NCBI GenBank assembly: GCA_004764695.1
Contig: SMSO01000008.1
Location: 992,001 to 1,056,000, forward strand
Direction of reading: 5' to 3'
Origin: Schizochytrium sp. TIO01
Taxonomy: Eukaryota > Protista > Bigyra: Labyrinthulomycetes
Length of the DNA stretch: 64,000 nucleotides
A program made the translations under genes and the position numbers. This document shows, one piece after another, positions 27,722-45,444 of the stretch; position 1 is the first letter of the stretch, and every line of letters starts with the position of its first letter. A model generated the notes under the pieces. It ran no database searches. It worked only from the letters and a program-made list of their open reading frames with translations, and was not told the origin of the DNA.

Positions 27722-29059
27722 ATGCTACAGAACACCAACGTAGCACCACGCAGCGAGAGTGATAGCTCTGGCAGTGACAGCAACAGCAACAGCATTGTTA
27801 TCGAAAGAATGATTGAGGAAACCCAAAGCGCCCCGCACGAGGACGTGCAGCAGATCTTGGAAAGGGGCGAACCTCGCCGCGCCAAGAGCACCACTGGCAT
27901 GCGCATGACCGTGTCTGAGGCCGAGGAGCACCGTCCCCAAGCCCTCCGCAATGTGCAAAACTTCAGCAACCTCCCGGGCAAAATCACCTCGATGCAGGAG
28001 GTGTCTCCTCACGAGATCGTCTTCTACCCAGGCGAATTTGACGGTGAAATCATCTGGCATGCTCGCCAGCATCGCAAGCACCGCTACCCGCTCGTCGAGG
28101 CCCACAACGACAGCAGCACTGTGGCCCCCGCCTCGTGGAACATCCTCACTGTCGAGCCCGGCAACATCTCCTGGTGGGTTGCTCATGTTTTCACCTGGGG
28201 ATCTATCCTCTGGATTATCAACGGTGCCTACCTCATGTGGCCCACTGGCAACGACAAGGCTGATATGCTCATCACTACCATCAGTGGCTTCTTCGGTGGC
28301 TTTCTGTTCGAGTTTGGAGCGTACTTTGCCGTCCTTGAAGCCATCAACCCCCGCCGCACCCTGGAGTTTGGTTACCGTGTTGCCAACAAGATTGGTAAGA
28401 AGAAGTCCCAACAGCCTGGTGACAAGAAGAACTTGGTACACCTCATGTCCTACAGTGAGAATGACCCTCAGGAGGAGGAGCCCACCCGGGAGTGGAAGTG
28501 GTTTGCCCTCGAGTGGAATGATGCCGGTGCACAGGCGGCCAGTGCTCAGTTCTTGGGCGCTTCTCTCTTTACTGTCGCTGTTATCTTGAGTCTTCCTAAG
28601 GTTGGCGCTGAGAGCATTCTCGTGTCGAACTTCATCGTTGCGGATATCTTTATCTGGGGTTTCCAGGTTGTTGGCTCTTGCGGTTTCATTTATGCTGGTA
28701 TTGTGTTGATGCTTGAGACCCAATACGTGTGGTATGTGCCTAACTTTGGTGCTATTGGCTGGTGGGTCAACTTCTTCAACTTCATCGGAGGAGTTGGTTT
28801 CTTTTTCTGCGCCGTCTTTGGTCTCCTCGACGATGTTAATGGCCGCACCATCTGCTGCCAGTACTACGGTACCATCCTCTCCACCTTCTGGGGCTCGATT
28901 GCTTTCTTGCTCGGTTCTATCCTTCTTGTGATTGAAGTCGCCAACAAGCACCCCATGCCTCCTCCCTCCTTCCTCGTGCGCTTTTCTCGCCCTCTGGAGG
29001 CCCACGATCAGCAATCTCTTCACCATGATGTCAAGGAAGACAACGTTTCTCCCGTTTAA
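27722..29059 (+). CDS. Polytopic integral membrane protein (repeated Trp/Gly-rich TM hairpins, YrhK-like), function unknown
   Basis: 445 aa ORF with strong C-ending codon bias, about 6 hydrophobic helices, and internally repeated WW..(F)..GS/GG..[WF] segments. Confidence 0.8.
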   Translation: MLQNTNVAPRSESDSSGSDSNSNSIVIERMIEETQSAPHEDVQQILERGEPRRAKSTTGMRMTVSEAEEHRPQALRNVQNFSNLPGKITSMQEVSPHEIVFYPGEFDGEIIWHARQHRKHRYPLVEAHNDSSTVAPASWNILTVEPGNISWWVAHVFTWGSILWIINGAYLMWPTGNDKADMLITTISGFFGGFLFEFGAYFAVLEAINPRRTLEFGYRVANKIGKKKSQQPGDKKNLVHLMSYSENDPQEEEPTREWKWFALEWNDAGAQAASAQFLGASLFTVAVILSLPKVGAESILVSNFIVADIFIWGFQVVGSCGFIYAGIVLMLETQYVWYVPNFGAIGWWVNFFNFIGGVGFFFCAVFGLLDDVNGRTICCQYYGTILSTFWGSIAFLLGSILLVIEVANKHPMPPPSFLVRFSRPLEAHDQQSLHHDVKEDNVSPV

Positions 29060-29637
29060 ATCGACCTCGACCTTCGCCTGATTTTCATCCAAATCTTAAA
29101 GAGGGACAGAGGCGAACCTGAACCCGAGATCGCTAAAACCTTGTTCCCCTTTTCAATGCATCAAGTACACCCGGTGATGGTTTACGTGTCTCATTACCTG
29201 GTTATTTGATATTGTGTCATCATTCCCTTTCTATTTCGCACAGTGTGCTTCAGCTCTAATATCAAGTTCGTGAAGGAGATACGATCTTCAGCAAGAGCAT
29301 GCTCCCCCCTCATAAAATGTAGTTATGATCTTCTCCCATTCATTATAATCTCTCACTCTTCTACTTGCCCTTGTTCGTTTGGCAGTATCCGCTCATGTCA
29401 CTCTCGACAATGAACAAAGCTTGACATGCACCAAGATAGTACCTCGTATGGGGTAATTGTTTTGGCATGAGTTTCTTACCCCAAGTTTTAAAATAGATTT
29501 CTACTCAGTACCTCCCAGAGTGCTATGAAAACGCTAGAACTTATAGGATAACCTAACCTGCAGATGGTAGTGGCTGTTCCATAAATGATACACTGTAATT
29601 AGTTAGGTCTTCGTGAGAGGCTAAGTAAGAAAATGGA

Positions 29638-29955
29638 ATGACCAAGGAACCACCAAGCTCCAAACACTAACCCTCAACACAAGCCAACAAAGTACTTCAA
29701 CCAGAACTTTGGAAAGAACACTTCGGGCGCCTCCCCGGAGGCAATCGCATATATGCATGTGAACATTTTGACCGCATCTATGGCTGCAGCACAGACCGTA
29801 CCATTATCTATGCCAGAATGTCCTCTTCCAAGCAAAAAGAGGCTTTGAAACGCCAGATCAGTGATCTCCAGCGTAATTACCCAGATGCTTCCGCCGCCTA
29901 CAGAGATATCGGTAGCGGGGTCAACTGGAAAAGGCAGGGCTTGTCTAGCCGTAAA
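29638..29955 (+). mobile_element. Decayed IS607-family transposase (MerR-like HTH + serine recombinase) fragment
   Basis: One frame from ATG 29638 reads MTKEPPSSKH*PSTQANKVLQ..RLPGGNRIY..IIYARMSSSKQKEALKRQISDLQRNYP..YRDIGSGVNWKRQGL, matching IS607 TnpA hallmarks (RxPGGxRxY; YARVSSxKQxxDLxRQ; DIGSGLNxKRxGL). In-frame TAA at 29668; similarity is lost after about 29955. Confidence 0.8.
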
Positions 29956-30399
29956 AATAGACATATCGGCTCCAGTCTGCCCCTCGCTATGGTGGCTCTG
30001 ATTCAGTTTTATTATAATAGAAATCATCCTTGTACACTTTGGAATTTAAGATCCATGGTAAAGCTCGTTCTGCACAAATGCACTTGGCTGTTGGGGCCCA
30101 CCTAAACAATCTACAAAGGGAGAGTTATTAAATGGTTCTAATACGAGTAAACTTGTCCTTTCAAGTAAAATATGTGTACGCAGTACCATCAAGCTTGCTT
30201 CAGAAAATTTAACCATTTGCACTCATAAAACTATAAGAGAAGCCTGGCTGGTAATCTAGAACCCAATTCCTCTCTTGGTCTGCAAGGCCGCATACAACTA
30301 TTTCCATATGCTGATTCAATTCTAACGCTTTTCGTGCCCATGATACAGACGCTATAGATCCCTTAGTTCAAATCCAACTATTTATGTACTTGGTATGTA

Positions 30400-30572
30400 T
30401 TGCAGAGTAGCGTGTGCAGTGAATCGTGCAGAGGTAGTCTGACAAGGATGGCGAGCTCGGAAGAAAGAGGACGATATTTATGCTATTGGAGTTTCGGTTC
30501 TGGATACAGGCAGGACGAATGTATCATGACGAATGTATCATGTCGAACAGGAGAGCTATATTACTTCAACAG
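30400..30572 (+). repeat. Dispersed ~180 bp repeat, copy A (copy B at 54417-54608)
   Basis: Shared tattgcagagtagc.tgtgc.gtgaa.cgtg.agaggtagtctgacaaggatg...catacaggcagg/gatacaggcagg...ggagagct...atattacttcaa. Confidence 0.85.
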
Positions 30573-32549
30573 TATGTAACAATAACCAGAGACTAAAAAA
30601 ATAATATCAAGTAGGTCGTCTTGTGTTCAGGAAAATGTTCATTTTGCAATACAACCATTTTACCGAGATCGACAACAGGTGAGTCGAATGGGGGAATGAA
30701 GTGGTGGGAAATAAAACGATGTCCAAAACTCACAATGTCAAAAGGCATGAACCAGTCCTCAAGAGGTACTAGGTTTTGGATAATATTAAAATAGATCAAT
30801 GACGAGGAAAACCTTAGCCTCAATTGATGTCTGATAAATATCAATTCATCTGATGAGAGGTTTAAGTATTAATTGGCGGTTTTATCATGCAGAATTTTAT
30901 ATCGCATCGATGCACAAAAGAACTGGAAATACATATCGTTGGATTCTATATCGTCAGAGATAGAGTGTGTTGCGCTTTAGCATCGACAGAGGGAAACCCA
31001 GACTTATTAGAGACCTACCGAAAACAGTTGAATAACAAATATGCTAGAGAGTATTTCGAGGCGGCCTGCTTACGTACCAGCTCGAATATGAAATTTGGGA
31101 TGCCTTGTAGTGTTGATGGAAGAACAAACAGAGAAAGATGAAGCAAAGATGTTGACAAAGCGTAATGTATTCATATGCAGTAACAAATGCATGTTCGCTC
31201 TTCAGCTTGGAAAAAATAAAGTTGGAAAAACATGTTTATCAAGCGAACATACTAAAAATATTGTTATCCAAATACAAAGTCATAATATTTCTCTCTCACG
31301 AAGATTGTTGAATGGAAATATAGGGAAAGATCAATCACACCAGAGGTTTAGGCGGAGCCTTGGTTACTCGTTCAGATCCTTTCGAAGAGAATCACTGAAT
31401 TCTTGCAAATCATAATTAAGGGCATTTAAGCACGATGCAACATTATAATTTGATTTAATTTCATGATAAATTGAGTTCGGCACCAACGATATCTGGTGTT
31501 AGCGAACTTGTCAGTAGATCTCTGATGACAAGTCAAAGATGTTTTTTCTGAATATTCGCGCTCCAGTACTCACGAATCTGCTCAAATGAATCAGCAAAGT
31601 GTAGACCTTGCTCAAGTTTTTAAAACAAAGTTCTCGAATGAGCATGTCAAGTATCTGTATCCTGGGAACTCAATTCAAAACACCAATCGCAGAAGCTATC
31701 AAAATTACGGCACGACTTTGCAAGACTCAGAGGAACACCTTTGTGATACTTTTGAAACAATTTACAGCTAAGTGCCTAACCTCACCTAGCCTAGCCCTAC
31801 CTAGCTCTCCAGTCCGACACTCTAACTAGCTCACCAGTTCGAAATGATACATTCATTCTGCCACTATACAAATCCTGTATTCAGATCCCGAACCTACCTG
31901 AATCACTTGAATAACACGTGAGAGCGTTCACCCGTCTATTATTTTCTACACAACCTGAAATCACCTACATAGTAGAAAACTCATAAAGGGTCCTTGAAAG
32001 TATAAAGCAAATTTTGCATAGGATACTATCGTCAAAGACAAAAAGGTGAGCGAAGATAATGTTGGTTGAAATTGAAGTAATGGAAATGGTACGAACTTGG
32101 TGAAAGATGTTGTACCAAAATATGACTTGACAATTGGTGTATACTTGCGCAAAGGACGCAGTATAGGGCCAAATGGATATCAAACCTGCTGATCCTATCA
32201 TAGTACTAGATCTTTAACGGGAAAAAAGAGTACCCGCAAATCACTGACCAGATTTTCGGTTTATAGTTAGTGTAGAGCTTCAACTAGAGGAGAGAAAAGA
32301 AGTGAGTGATGTCAGCGTCACTGTTGGTTGAGATTTTTGAGGGGGTGGGGGTTTATGTTTTCCCTGTCCCATTTAACCTGTTAACAAATAAAATCATTTA
32401 CATCACATTGCCTGTGTCAGAAACTCTGGAGTCTGCTCCCGTGTTTTCAAATTGAACCCATGGGTCAACGCACGAATTACACAGGTAGTAGATGGGTGTT
32501 TGGAGTAGCTTCCCGCCACCGCCCAAAAAAACTAATTTTTGGTCCATCA

Positions 32550-34585
32550 ATATAGCTCGATGCATTTTGAGCTAATGCAAGGTACGTGATCTCTTGGCGT
32601 AAGTCCAAAATTTTAGTAAAACTGCATATACAAGGCTCGCCTTGCCTTGGGTGATTCTTATAGCATGCACAATTCGAATATTTAGATCTGGCTCCTCAAA
32701 ACCTCCGTCCTTCTACACCCAGAGAATATCAGAGAAAGAATAATCGAACTTTCCAGGCACGTAAAGACGAGCTTCTTTCACATTTTCAACTACAGAGTCG
32801 AAAACGTCAACTTCCTTGTTAGAACAACGGAGTGAAATCTAAGCCCTTTGAACTTGTGCCTCAGAGCTTCGATACTTTGTACGGCTTTGGAATCCATGTC
32901 TATTTTAAGACTTCACTCGAAAGAACAAAGTGCCAGTAGGACCTCAAAAACCTTTGGAGTAGTTGGCGGTTGATAGATACCTATCTCATCCATTTGAAGC
33001 ATTTCCCTTAGTTCTTGAATGCTGAACTCCTTTAAAATGAACCCAAGTGTATAGACAATACTTGGATCACAAAATCGTTTGCCTGTAATTCCCTTGACGT
33101 ACATACACAAAGCGCTAACCCAATGGATCGAACTTTCCTTTGGATTACAGTTTCAAATTGTATCCTGTTCAATAACAGCCTTCGTCATCCAATTCAGGAA
33201 GTTCTTGTGATTTGATAAAGTCAATGCAAATCCATCATCAGGCTAGGACATTGTTCGAAAGAAAGGTCCCATGTGTTATGAACGGTCTTCCATTCGCTTC
33301 GTATCGACATGTCTACTCCCTCCCGGAGAGTACTTGCAAACTAGATCTCATCAAAGTAGTTCAATCCGTGTTGCGCATGACATATAAAGCTTCTTTGCAT
33401 CATACTGTTTGCAAAACTCTTTGTAGCACTGCGTATCTGGAGAACAAGCAGCGATACATGGTATTTCGCGAACTGCGAGTACTTCCTGCTTTGGGGACTC
33501 TGGCTTGCACAACAACTGTTCACTGTGATCAATTGATCGAATCAAATTCATGCTTTCTTGTAACGCATGTGCGCAGGCCTACTCTTTTGACGCCATAGAG
33601 GTATTATTATTACTAAAAGATATCCCTGTCCTCGACCGATTGCTCTGATGATAACTTTCGGCTGTGAAAGCACTTTGACGTCTTCACCCAGAAATACGCA
33701 ACACTTTAGGGTTGGATATCACCACGAGATACTTCCAAATTTGCCAAGACTTTAAGATACCCGGGTAGCCAATGATATCTGAACTTTTAAATTATGCCTT
33801 CAGAAGACCAGTATCTTCAATTCTGAATAATGAAGTATTCGATCCAACTTCAAGGAACGGTGCGTGACAAGGTGACCACGTACATTGAACTATCCATAGC
33901 AAACTTTTCTGCACTCTCCCATACCACCTTTGCCACACCAATTCTGTAGCCGCCGGCCATCTTGGGCCGGTCCACGAACCATAAGTATTCGAGTTTGTAA
34001 TTCACGATCTCAGTACCCAACACACTTCGAAGCCACACTTGCTGATCCTCCGTAACTTTTGATTTTAATCTTAGACATATGGTCGATGCGCCCTTCAAGG
34101 CCTGAGCTCTGCCTTGACCGAGAATGTCCGTGTTGAAGAAGGAAGGCTATTCGATTCTAGCCGGAATCTTACTCAGGGGCAAGTGTGTCTCGCCAATATA
34201 CTCGTGTAATAACCAAGTAAATGTTTGATAGGTTATCTCGTGTCACTGCTTGAGAATAAACCTTGTGGCACCCCTAACGATGTTAAGCAGTGAAGAGTCC
34301 AGCCTGGGTGAGAGCAATAAAAACAATCGCAACTTGTGAAGGCGGAACTTTCCTTTCCAAAAGCATGGGTACAACTTCATGGCCGAGAAATCCACCACTT
34401 ACATATTTCCCAGTCGTCAGTACCCCACCCACCCATCCTTCTTCTGAAAGATCATTTGGACACCGCCTCGGTCTGGGTGTATCGCTAGTCTGCCGAGCAG
34501 TTGTTTCACCCGCCTTCATTTCGTAGTGCTTAGGTTCCGTAAAAAATAGATCTTGTGTCTCTGTTGCTCTGACTCGATGCTTCAT
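32550..34585 (-). pseudogene. Crinkler/RHS-type (CR-NTPase + REase) effector pseudogene, copy 1
   Basis: Minus-strand fragments: ATG 34585 (MKHRVRATETQ), degenerate Walker A IIGYPGILKS (~33750-33780), CSPDTQCYKEFCKQYDAKKLYM..T..EL (SP..Y..F.K..YMP..EL-like motif), EDR..MGPFFRT; many stops and frameshifts. Left boundary approximate. Confidence 0.65.
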
Positions 34586-35716
34586 AGTGTATTGTTGTTC
34601 TGCTAGTGAAGTTATCGTCTCGAGAGGTGGAGAAAGCTTTAAAGAACCCTAATCGATTGTCCTCTTTCGACACAACAGTCTTATTGAACAGTGTATTGCC
34701 ACAGAGACTTTGATTTGCAAATCCAGAGATCGTCTAAACTGTTCCGTTTGTGAACGACGAGGAAGGAACTCTTAAAAGCGGCGGGTGAGGCAGAGTTTCT
34801 TCCAAGCAAGTGCTTATCTCCTGGCTTTCAAAACGGCAGAGCAGAAGAGAAACTAGAACAAGAAGGGCTTGCAAACACAAGGGGTCGAGCAAGATCTCTC
34901 GATCCCCGGCAATCAAGATCCACCACATGAACCAGATTCTTCCTCCTTTAAGTTAAGGTTCGATTGATTGAAGTAGACAAATCCCTAATGCTTGCACTAG
35001 TATCCTTGCTAGAACAACCGTACCAGATTTAACCAAAGTATATTTGCTTACTATCTTTCATGCTGTAGTAGTATCTGATTAGAGCTATGCAAGCAAATCA
35101 TTTTATGATTATGACAGTGTTCAATATTTTTTTAGACCGCAGTCACGCTAGGTGGCTCAAGAACAAAGTACAGCAGAACATACATGTATACTTGGTAAAA
35201 ATTGAATGAGTTGCCAACTTTAAAAGGTTTCAGAAGCAGAGGTGTGAGTGGTCCGTACTTTTGAAATCAGAAAAGGTAACTGTTGTGTCAAGACATTTCT
35301 TTTTAGATCAAGACAATTATTATTTTATTTTTGAAATACACGGCTGAAGAGGCAAACAACTTATAGAAGGAGACAAATGCGATTTCAATATTTGACAGAG
35401 ACGAAGTACAGGATGAGTGGTTCGCTAGAAATGCAAGCCCCAGAAGACTGTCAAAAACATTGTTCCTTTGGTGAAGCGTCAGTCATAATGCTGTCAGTCT
35501 CGTCGATTCTGCTCTCTTGGCTCACATCAAGGGTAATTTAATATGCAAACCTTGCCATGCGTGCAAAGGATTTACTCGATTAAAAACAAGCACAGTGCGT
35601 TCCGCGAGATGATAACATTGCTGACGTATCTATCTCTTTTGAGTATGCGCCACCAAAATTATTGAACCGTGGAGTTGCTTTCATGTTGTGCTAGGGAAAA
35701 AATGAACGTAGAAAAA

Positions 35717-35835
35717 AACATTCAACACCGGGGCTTCGCATGCAGTCCCCTATCATACTACTGACCCGGCCCTACGCGACTTTACTTCTCAGTGCGAATG
35801 AGATGAGGTGTTACCCGCGTGGTATGATCGAATGT
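35717..35835 (-). rRNA. 5S rRNA, copy 1
   Basis: Reverse complement ACATTCGATCATACCACGCGGGTAACACC...AGTAGTATGATAGGGGACTGCATGCGAAGCCCCGGTGTTGAATGTT; 119 nt, paired ends, followed by an oligo-T Pol III terminator; TATA-like tract about 25-30 nt upstream. Confidence 0.96.
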
Positions 35836-36289
35836 ATTGTACTATTGGTGTATAGTGTATATATACATAGTATTGAATGGGTTGTTGTTTCTATGGCTAT
35901 CTAGTTCATAGTAGGTAGTGCTAAGGGATAGTATTGCTGGAACTTCTGGAGCAATATCACTGCAAAAGATATTCTTTCTAGTAGTAGGTTTACTGAGATA
36001 GTAATAGTAAGAGTTGAAAGAGCGAGAAAGAAAGGCATATGCAGAACCCGGTAAGGTTAGAGGTTCAAATTAGTAAAATATTTTTTTATTTCAAGAGCAT
36101 ATTCAAAAGCATCTCCTTCTTATGGAAAACCTTAGTACTCCGTAAGTCAGAACGTGTGCAAGCTACCTTGCAAACCTGCATCTTTTGCGTCCAGTAGCCT
36201 TCTGCAACAACCGGGGCTGTGCCACGAGCTTAGCTAAAGGGATACAAGCACGAGCACGCTGGTTAAGGCATAGATCTTTACTTGCTGCG

Positions 36290-41747
<5,458 letters not shown>

Positions 41748-43699
41748 GTTTGAGTAATGGATGTTTCACGTATGTTAGTGTTTGCTCTCGCACAACATTG
41801 TTTCTCATTAGCAGATGGACCCCGCTTCCCAAAATGAAACAGTCTAGTGCTATTGTCAATTGAACACGGGGTTTGATTCTAAGAACTTCAACTCAAGAAG
41901 ACCACCTCCGTTCGTGCAAAGCAAACGAGCTTTAGCCTCTGCTGCATTTTCGGAGCCGGCAAGACGCATAGCTCCGACTTGTTTGGCACAGGAAGCATAT
42001 TGACTAGGCGCGATATCGCAAAGGTAAGTCTGTTTTAAACCCGAAACCAAAGCAGGGGATCCTAGGAGGGACAAATCGATCAAGTAACTTCACTCAATTT
42101 TGTTCTTATGATAGGCCGTTTTGATAGACATCGAAAACTCCTTTTTAGTGCTACGAAAAAGAGTGTAAAAATTTCATATCTTTGCCTATAGTACTATGCC
42201 GAGCTAGTAAAAACTGGGGCAATGGATGTTGGTACTACTAACCTGACCTCATTTATCAACTCCCACATATCCCAGGGCCACTCCTTTCTTATTTCGTGTC
42301 TATACTTATATTATCCACGCTTCTCTCCATCAGATCCACTGATGAAGGCTAAATTTCAACTATGTCGTATAAACTCGATTTTCAAAATGTAATTGAACTG
42401 AAAGACCTGCCAATCCTTCTGACTGTTTGACTAAGGAAGAGAGAGACAGTGCTGAAGACGATCCGTCTCGATACGCTTGTATATGAATACTGTGTTCTTG
42501 TCGGGATATACCTCGAAGTGATGCGCAATTCAAAGGAAGATTTTATGTTCAATAGGACAAAGTCTTGCTTCAGGCTTTGTAAGTAACTTTAAAGAGTAAA
42601 GCATTTGATGTCCCCCCTCCCGACGATACTTAAAAGAAGTGATGACTAATCATGCAGGCACTACTGAGAAGGAATACAGATACACCGTTGCGACATAACT
42701 TTGCAAGGTTAAGAGGAGTACCTATTCGACACAATAGTGTCAAAAGGTGTCATGATGGGTGATGTGTAACACTGCACGTGACTCATCCAAGGAACGAAGG
42801 GAATCAAACAAGCATCGAGAGAAATTTGCAAAGCAAAACCTGACAAGCAGACCCGAAATACCAAAGCGACCAAAGCACTTGAATCTATCAAGCACATTCG
42901 ACAAGACAACCCTAGTCCTAATACTAACTAACTACTATCATCTCAGACATTTCCCCAAATACCTATAAGTAATCATCATTAGGCACCTTCGCGAAGTCTT
43001 GTGACAACCGCCGTATCTTTACAACAACAAAAAGACTACCTGGTCGATGCAGTTACTGGGACATTATTCTGGTCAGCTTGGGGTTGACTGTAAAGATGAA
43101 GGCAAGGGTCTTGATGAAGGCTTTACGAAGGTTGATTTAAGAGTTAGCGCTGGAGAATGAGTTCTAGGACAGATAGATTCATGTAGTGATTAGGGAGGTT
43201 AAGACATTCTTGAAAGGTGTTAGAGATGCTCGATGGGGTTAAGTTCATTCAACCTCTACAACCATCGATTCAAGTTACACCATGCTTGGATGTAGGTGAT
43301 GTGTATTCACACTTTTGGTTCTTGACTCTGGCCGCCTACTCTTGCTCTATTGTAAGCCCTATGTCTACTAGGGTTTTACAAAGGGACGCCAAGAGATCTA
43401 GTAATGTCTTGTCCACTAGTTCCTTCGATTGGAGATCTCATCAAATGGATTTTCATGTATGGAAGAAGGAAGGAGATCACTCAGGAACGCATATTTTTGT
43501 CTAATTTGTATCCTAATGGAAAACTTGCTGTTATTGCAAAAGACCCCTAGCAGAACATATCTCTCGGCTGTGAAACTATTGCTCGAAGCAACTGAAAAAC
43601 TTAACTTCTGGAAGCCAAGGCTCCAGCTTGGTATGCCATCGCAGACTGATAGTGCCACTCTGGCCGCAGGTTCTAAGTGCAAGTGCAAGCAGGATTGAG

Positions 43700-44230
43700 G
43701 TGGGGAAGTAGCTTTGAGATGTCACTTCCGTTGGAACCTTCCTACGAGACCCTTTGTTGCTCGAACGACTCTAAAGACGGTAAGGAGTAGTAAAGACACT
43801 TTTCTATCCAAACTGCCAAAAAGAAGCTGATGCCATTGAATCTACATTTGTAAACGAAATACACATGTATTGCGGACCTTTGCAGGGACTACAAGGGATT
43901 GCGGTGCCTTGATTTATCTTTGGTGGGCTTATTCGAAAATGAAGCGCTTCCTTGTAGTCACTGGGCATGGCAGTGATACGCTCCTTCAACTTTCACAACA
44001 GTAAGAGCTTTCCACCCGTATACAATGCTGTCCTTATGAAGCCTTAATGGCAGTGCACAAGGCTGATGTGTTTCACAATGATGTAGCTCTAAACAACTTT
44101 GTATGGAATGGCGAATCTGTGGCGGTAATTGACTTTGGCAGATATTATGTCTGTACTGACCTTGAGCAATTCGCCAGAGAAGCTGATGACCTCGAAATGC
44201 TGTTCAGTCAGCATGAATCAATGAGTGGAT
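43700..44230 (+). pseudogene. Protein kinase-like pseudogene fragment
   Basis: VVKT (beta3 Lys), NEIHMY..LQGLQGIAVP* (alphaC region), HKADVFHNDVALNNF (catalytic loop), VAVIDFG; interrupted by stops/frameshifts. Confidence 0.7.
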
Positions 44231-45444
44231 TTTCTTTACTATTTTCTTTAAATTTGAAGGATTTTTTTTCTACAATAAAAAAAATGAATAAAGCCCGATT
44301 TCTGATGTAGTTATTAGTTGATATGAGAGTACATTGAGAGAGACGAAGTTCTTATCGCAGAACGGCTTGTAGTGCAGTGGGTAAAGAGAAGTGAACTGAG
44401 GAAACCGATTGAGCAATGACAATGAAAGAAGGTGAAAAGGAAAAGCATGGTATCCTATAGAAATCATGGACATCGTTTGAAACCTTGAGATTGGTTTGGA
44501 CTGTAGCCATTCTTTCACCTAGATGCACGTTAAGCAGGTTTGCTCGAATACATACTTGGCTTGTTTTCTTCATTTGTTCTCATAAATCATACATAAGAAA
44601 TTCTCACGAGACTACCTTACCTATCATCATACATTCAGTCATGAATAAAAAGGAAGCTTCATATGACGTTATATATTGATTTATTTCCTCGAGGATAAGT
44701 TTTATTGTCAGGTACCTAGTTCTATGACCATCTAGCCTGAGGTCTTCGTTGCTCAAACGTGCTATTGTGTGATTTTCGGGGTATATCATCTGCAATAGTC
44801 CTAATGTTGCATCTCGTCTATTATGCGAATAGCTGTACTTGAATCTGGCCGAAAAGAAAGCGGGTGCAGAGGCTGATACCATGAAACATGGTTATAAGGT
44901 GATTGAGGAAATGTTGGAGATAGTTGGGTTTAATTTGTATTGAAGCTAGGGTTAATGCTTGTCTTGGATAGCTTGTAGTCTTGTTGAATCGATTTGGGTC
45001 GATTCAGGTTGATTCGGATCTGCGTCAGATTTGCTTTGCAAACTCCTCTCGACGCTACCTTGCTCCCTCTGTTTCCTAATATGCGTGCGTGTATCTCATG
45101 CGGTGTAACACATGAATGCAATTGGTGTCACAAAATATCAGGCATCATGCCAGTGGTATCACAATCGAGTTCCTTTAAGCCTTGCAAAGTTATGCCGTGA
45201 TGTTGAATCTGTTTTGCTTCTCAGTACTAAGATAATAGACTTCATCTCCTAAATCCAAACAATTCCTCTGGTAGGCAATATGCCCTTTCCGATTAGATTT
45301 CTTTGAAACTAGCCTTGGTGCCTTTTGTGACGCTGGCGTACTGAATATGTTTTAATACACATGTTACGTGAACTCGGGGTCCTTCAAAATGTAGATTTTT
45401 AGAGCTCTTAAAGCACGAAAGACAGGAAGTGGCAGCTCATTCTT

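Noticed and set aside
27725-29092. 455 aa antisense ORF (and 212 aa alternative-frame ORF) over the membrane protein gene
   Set aside because: Expected shadow of strong C/T-ending codon bias on the + strand; no motifs of its own.
29960-32300. Possible Fanzor/TnpB partner downstream of the IS607 fragment
   Set aside because: Only stop-ridden fragments; no RuvC or CxxC motifs recognised by eye.
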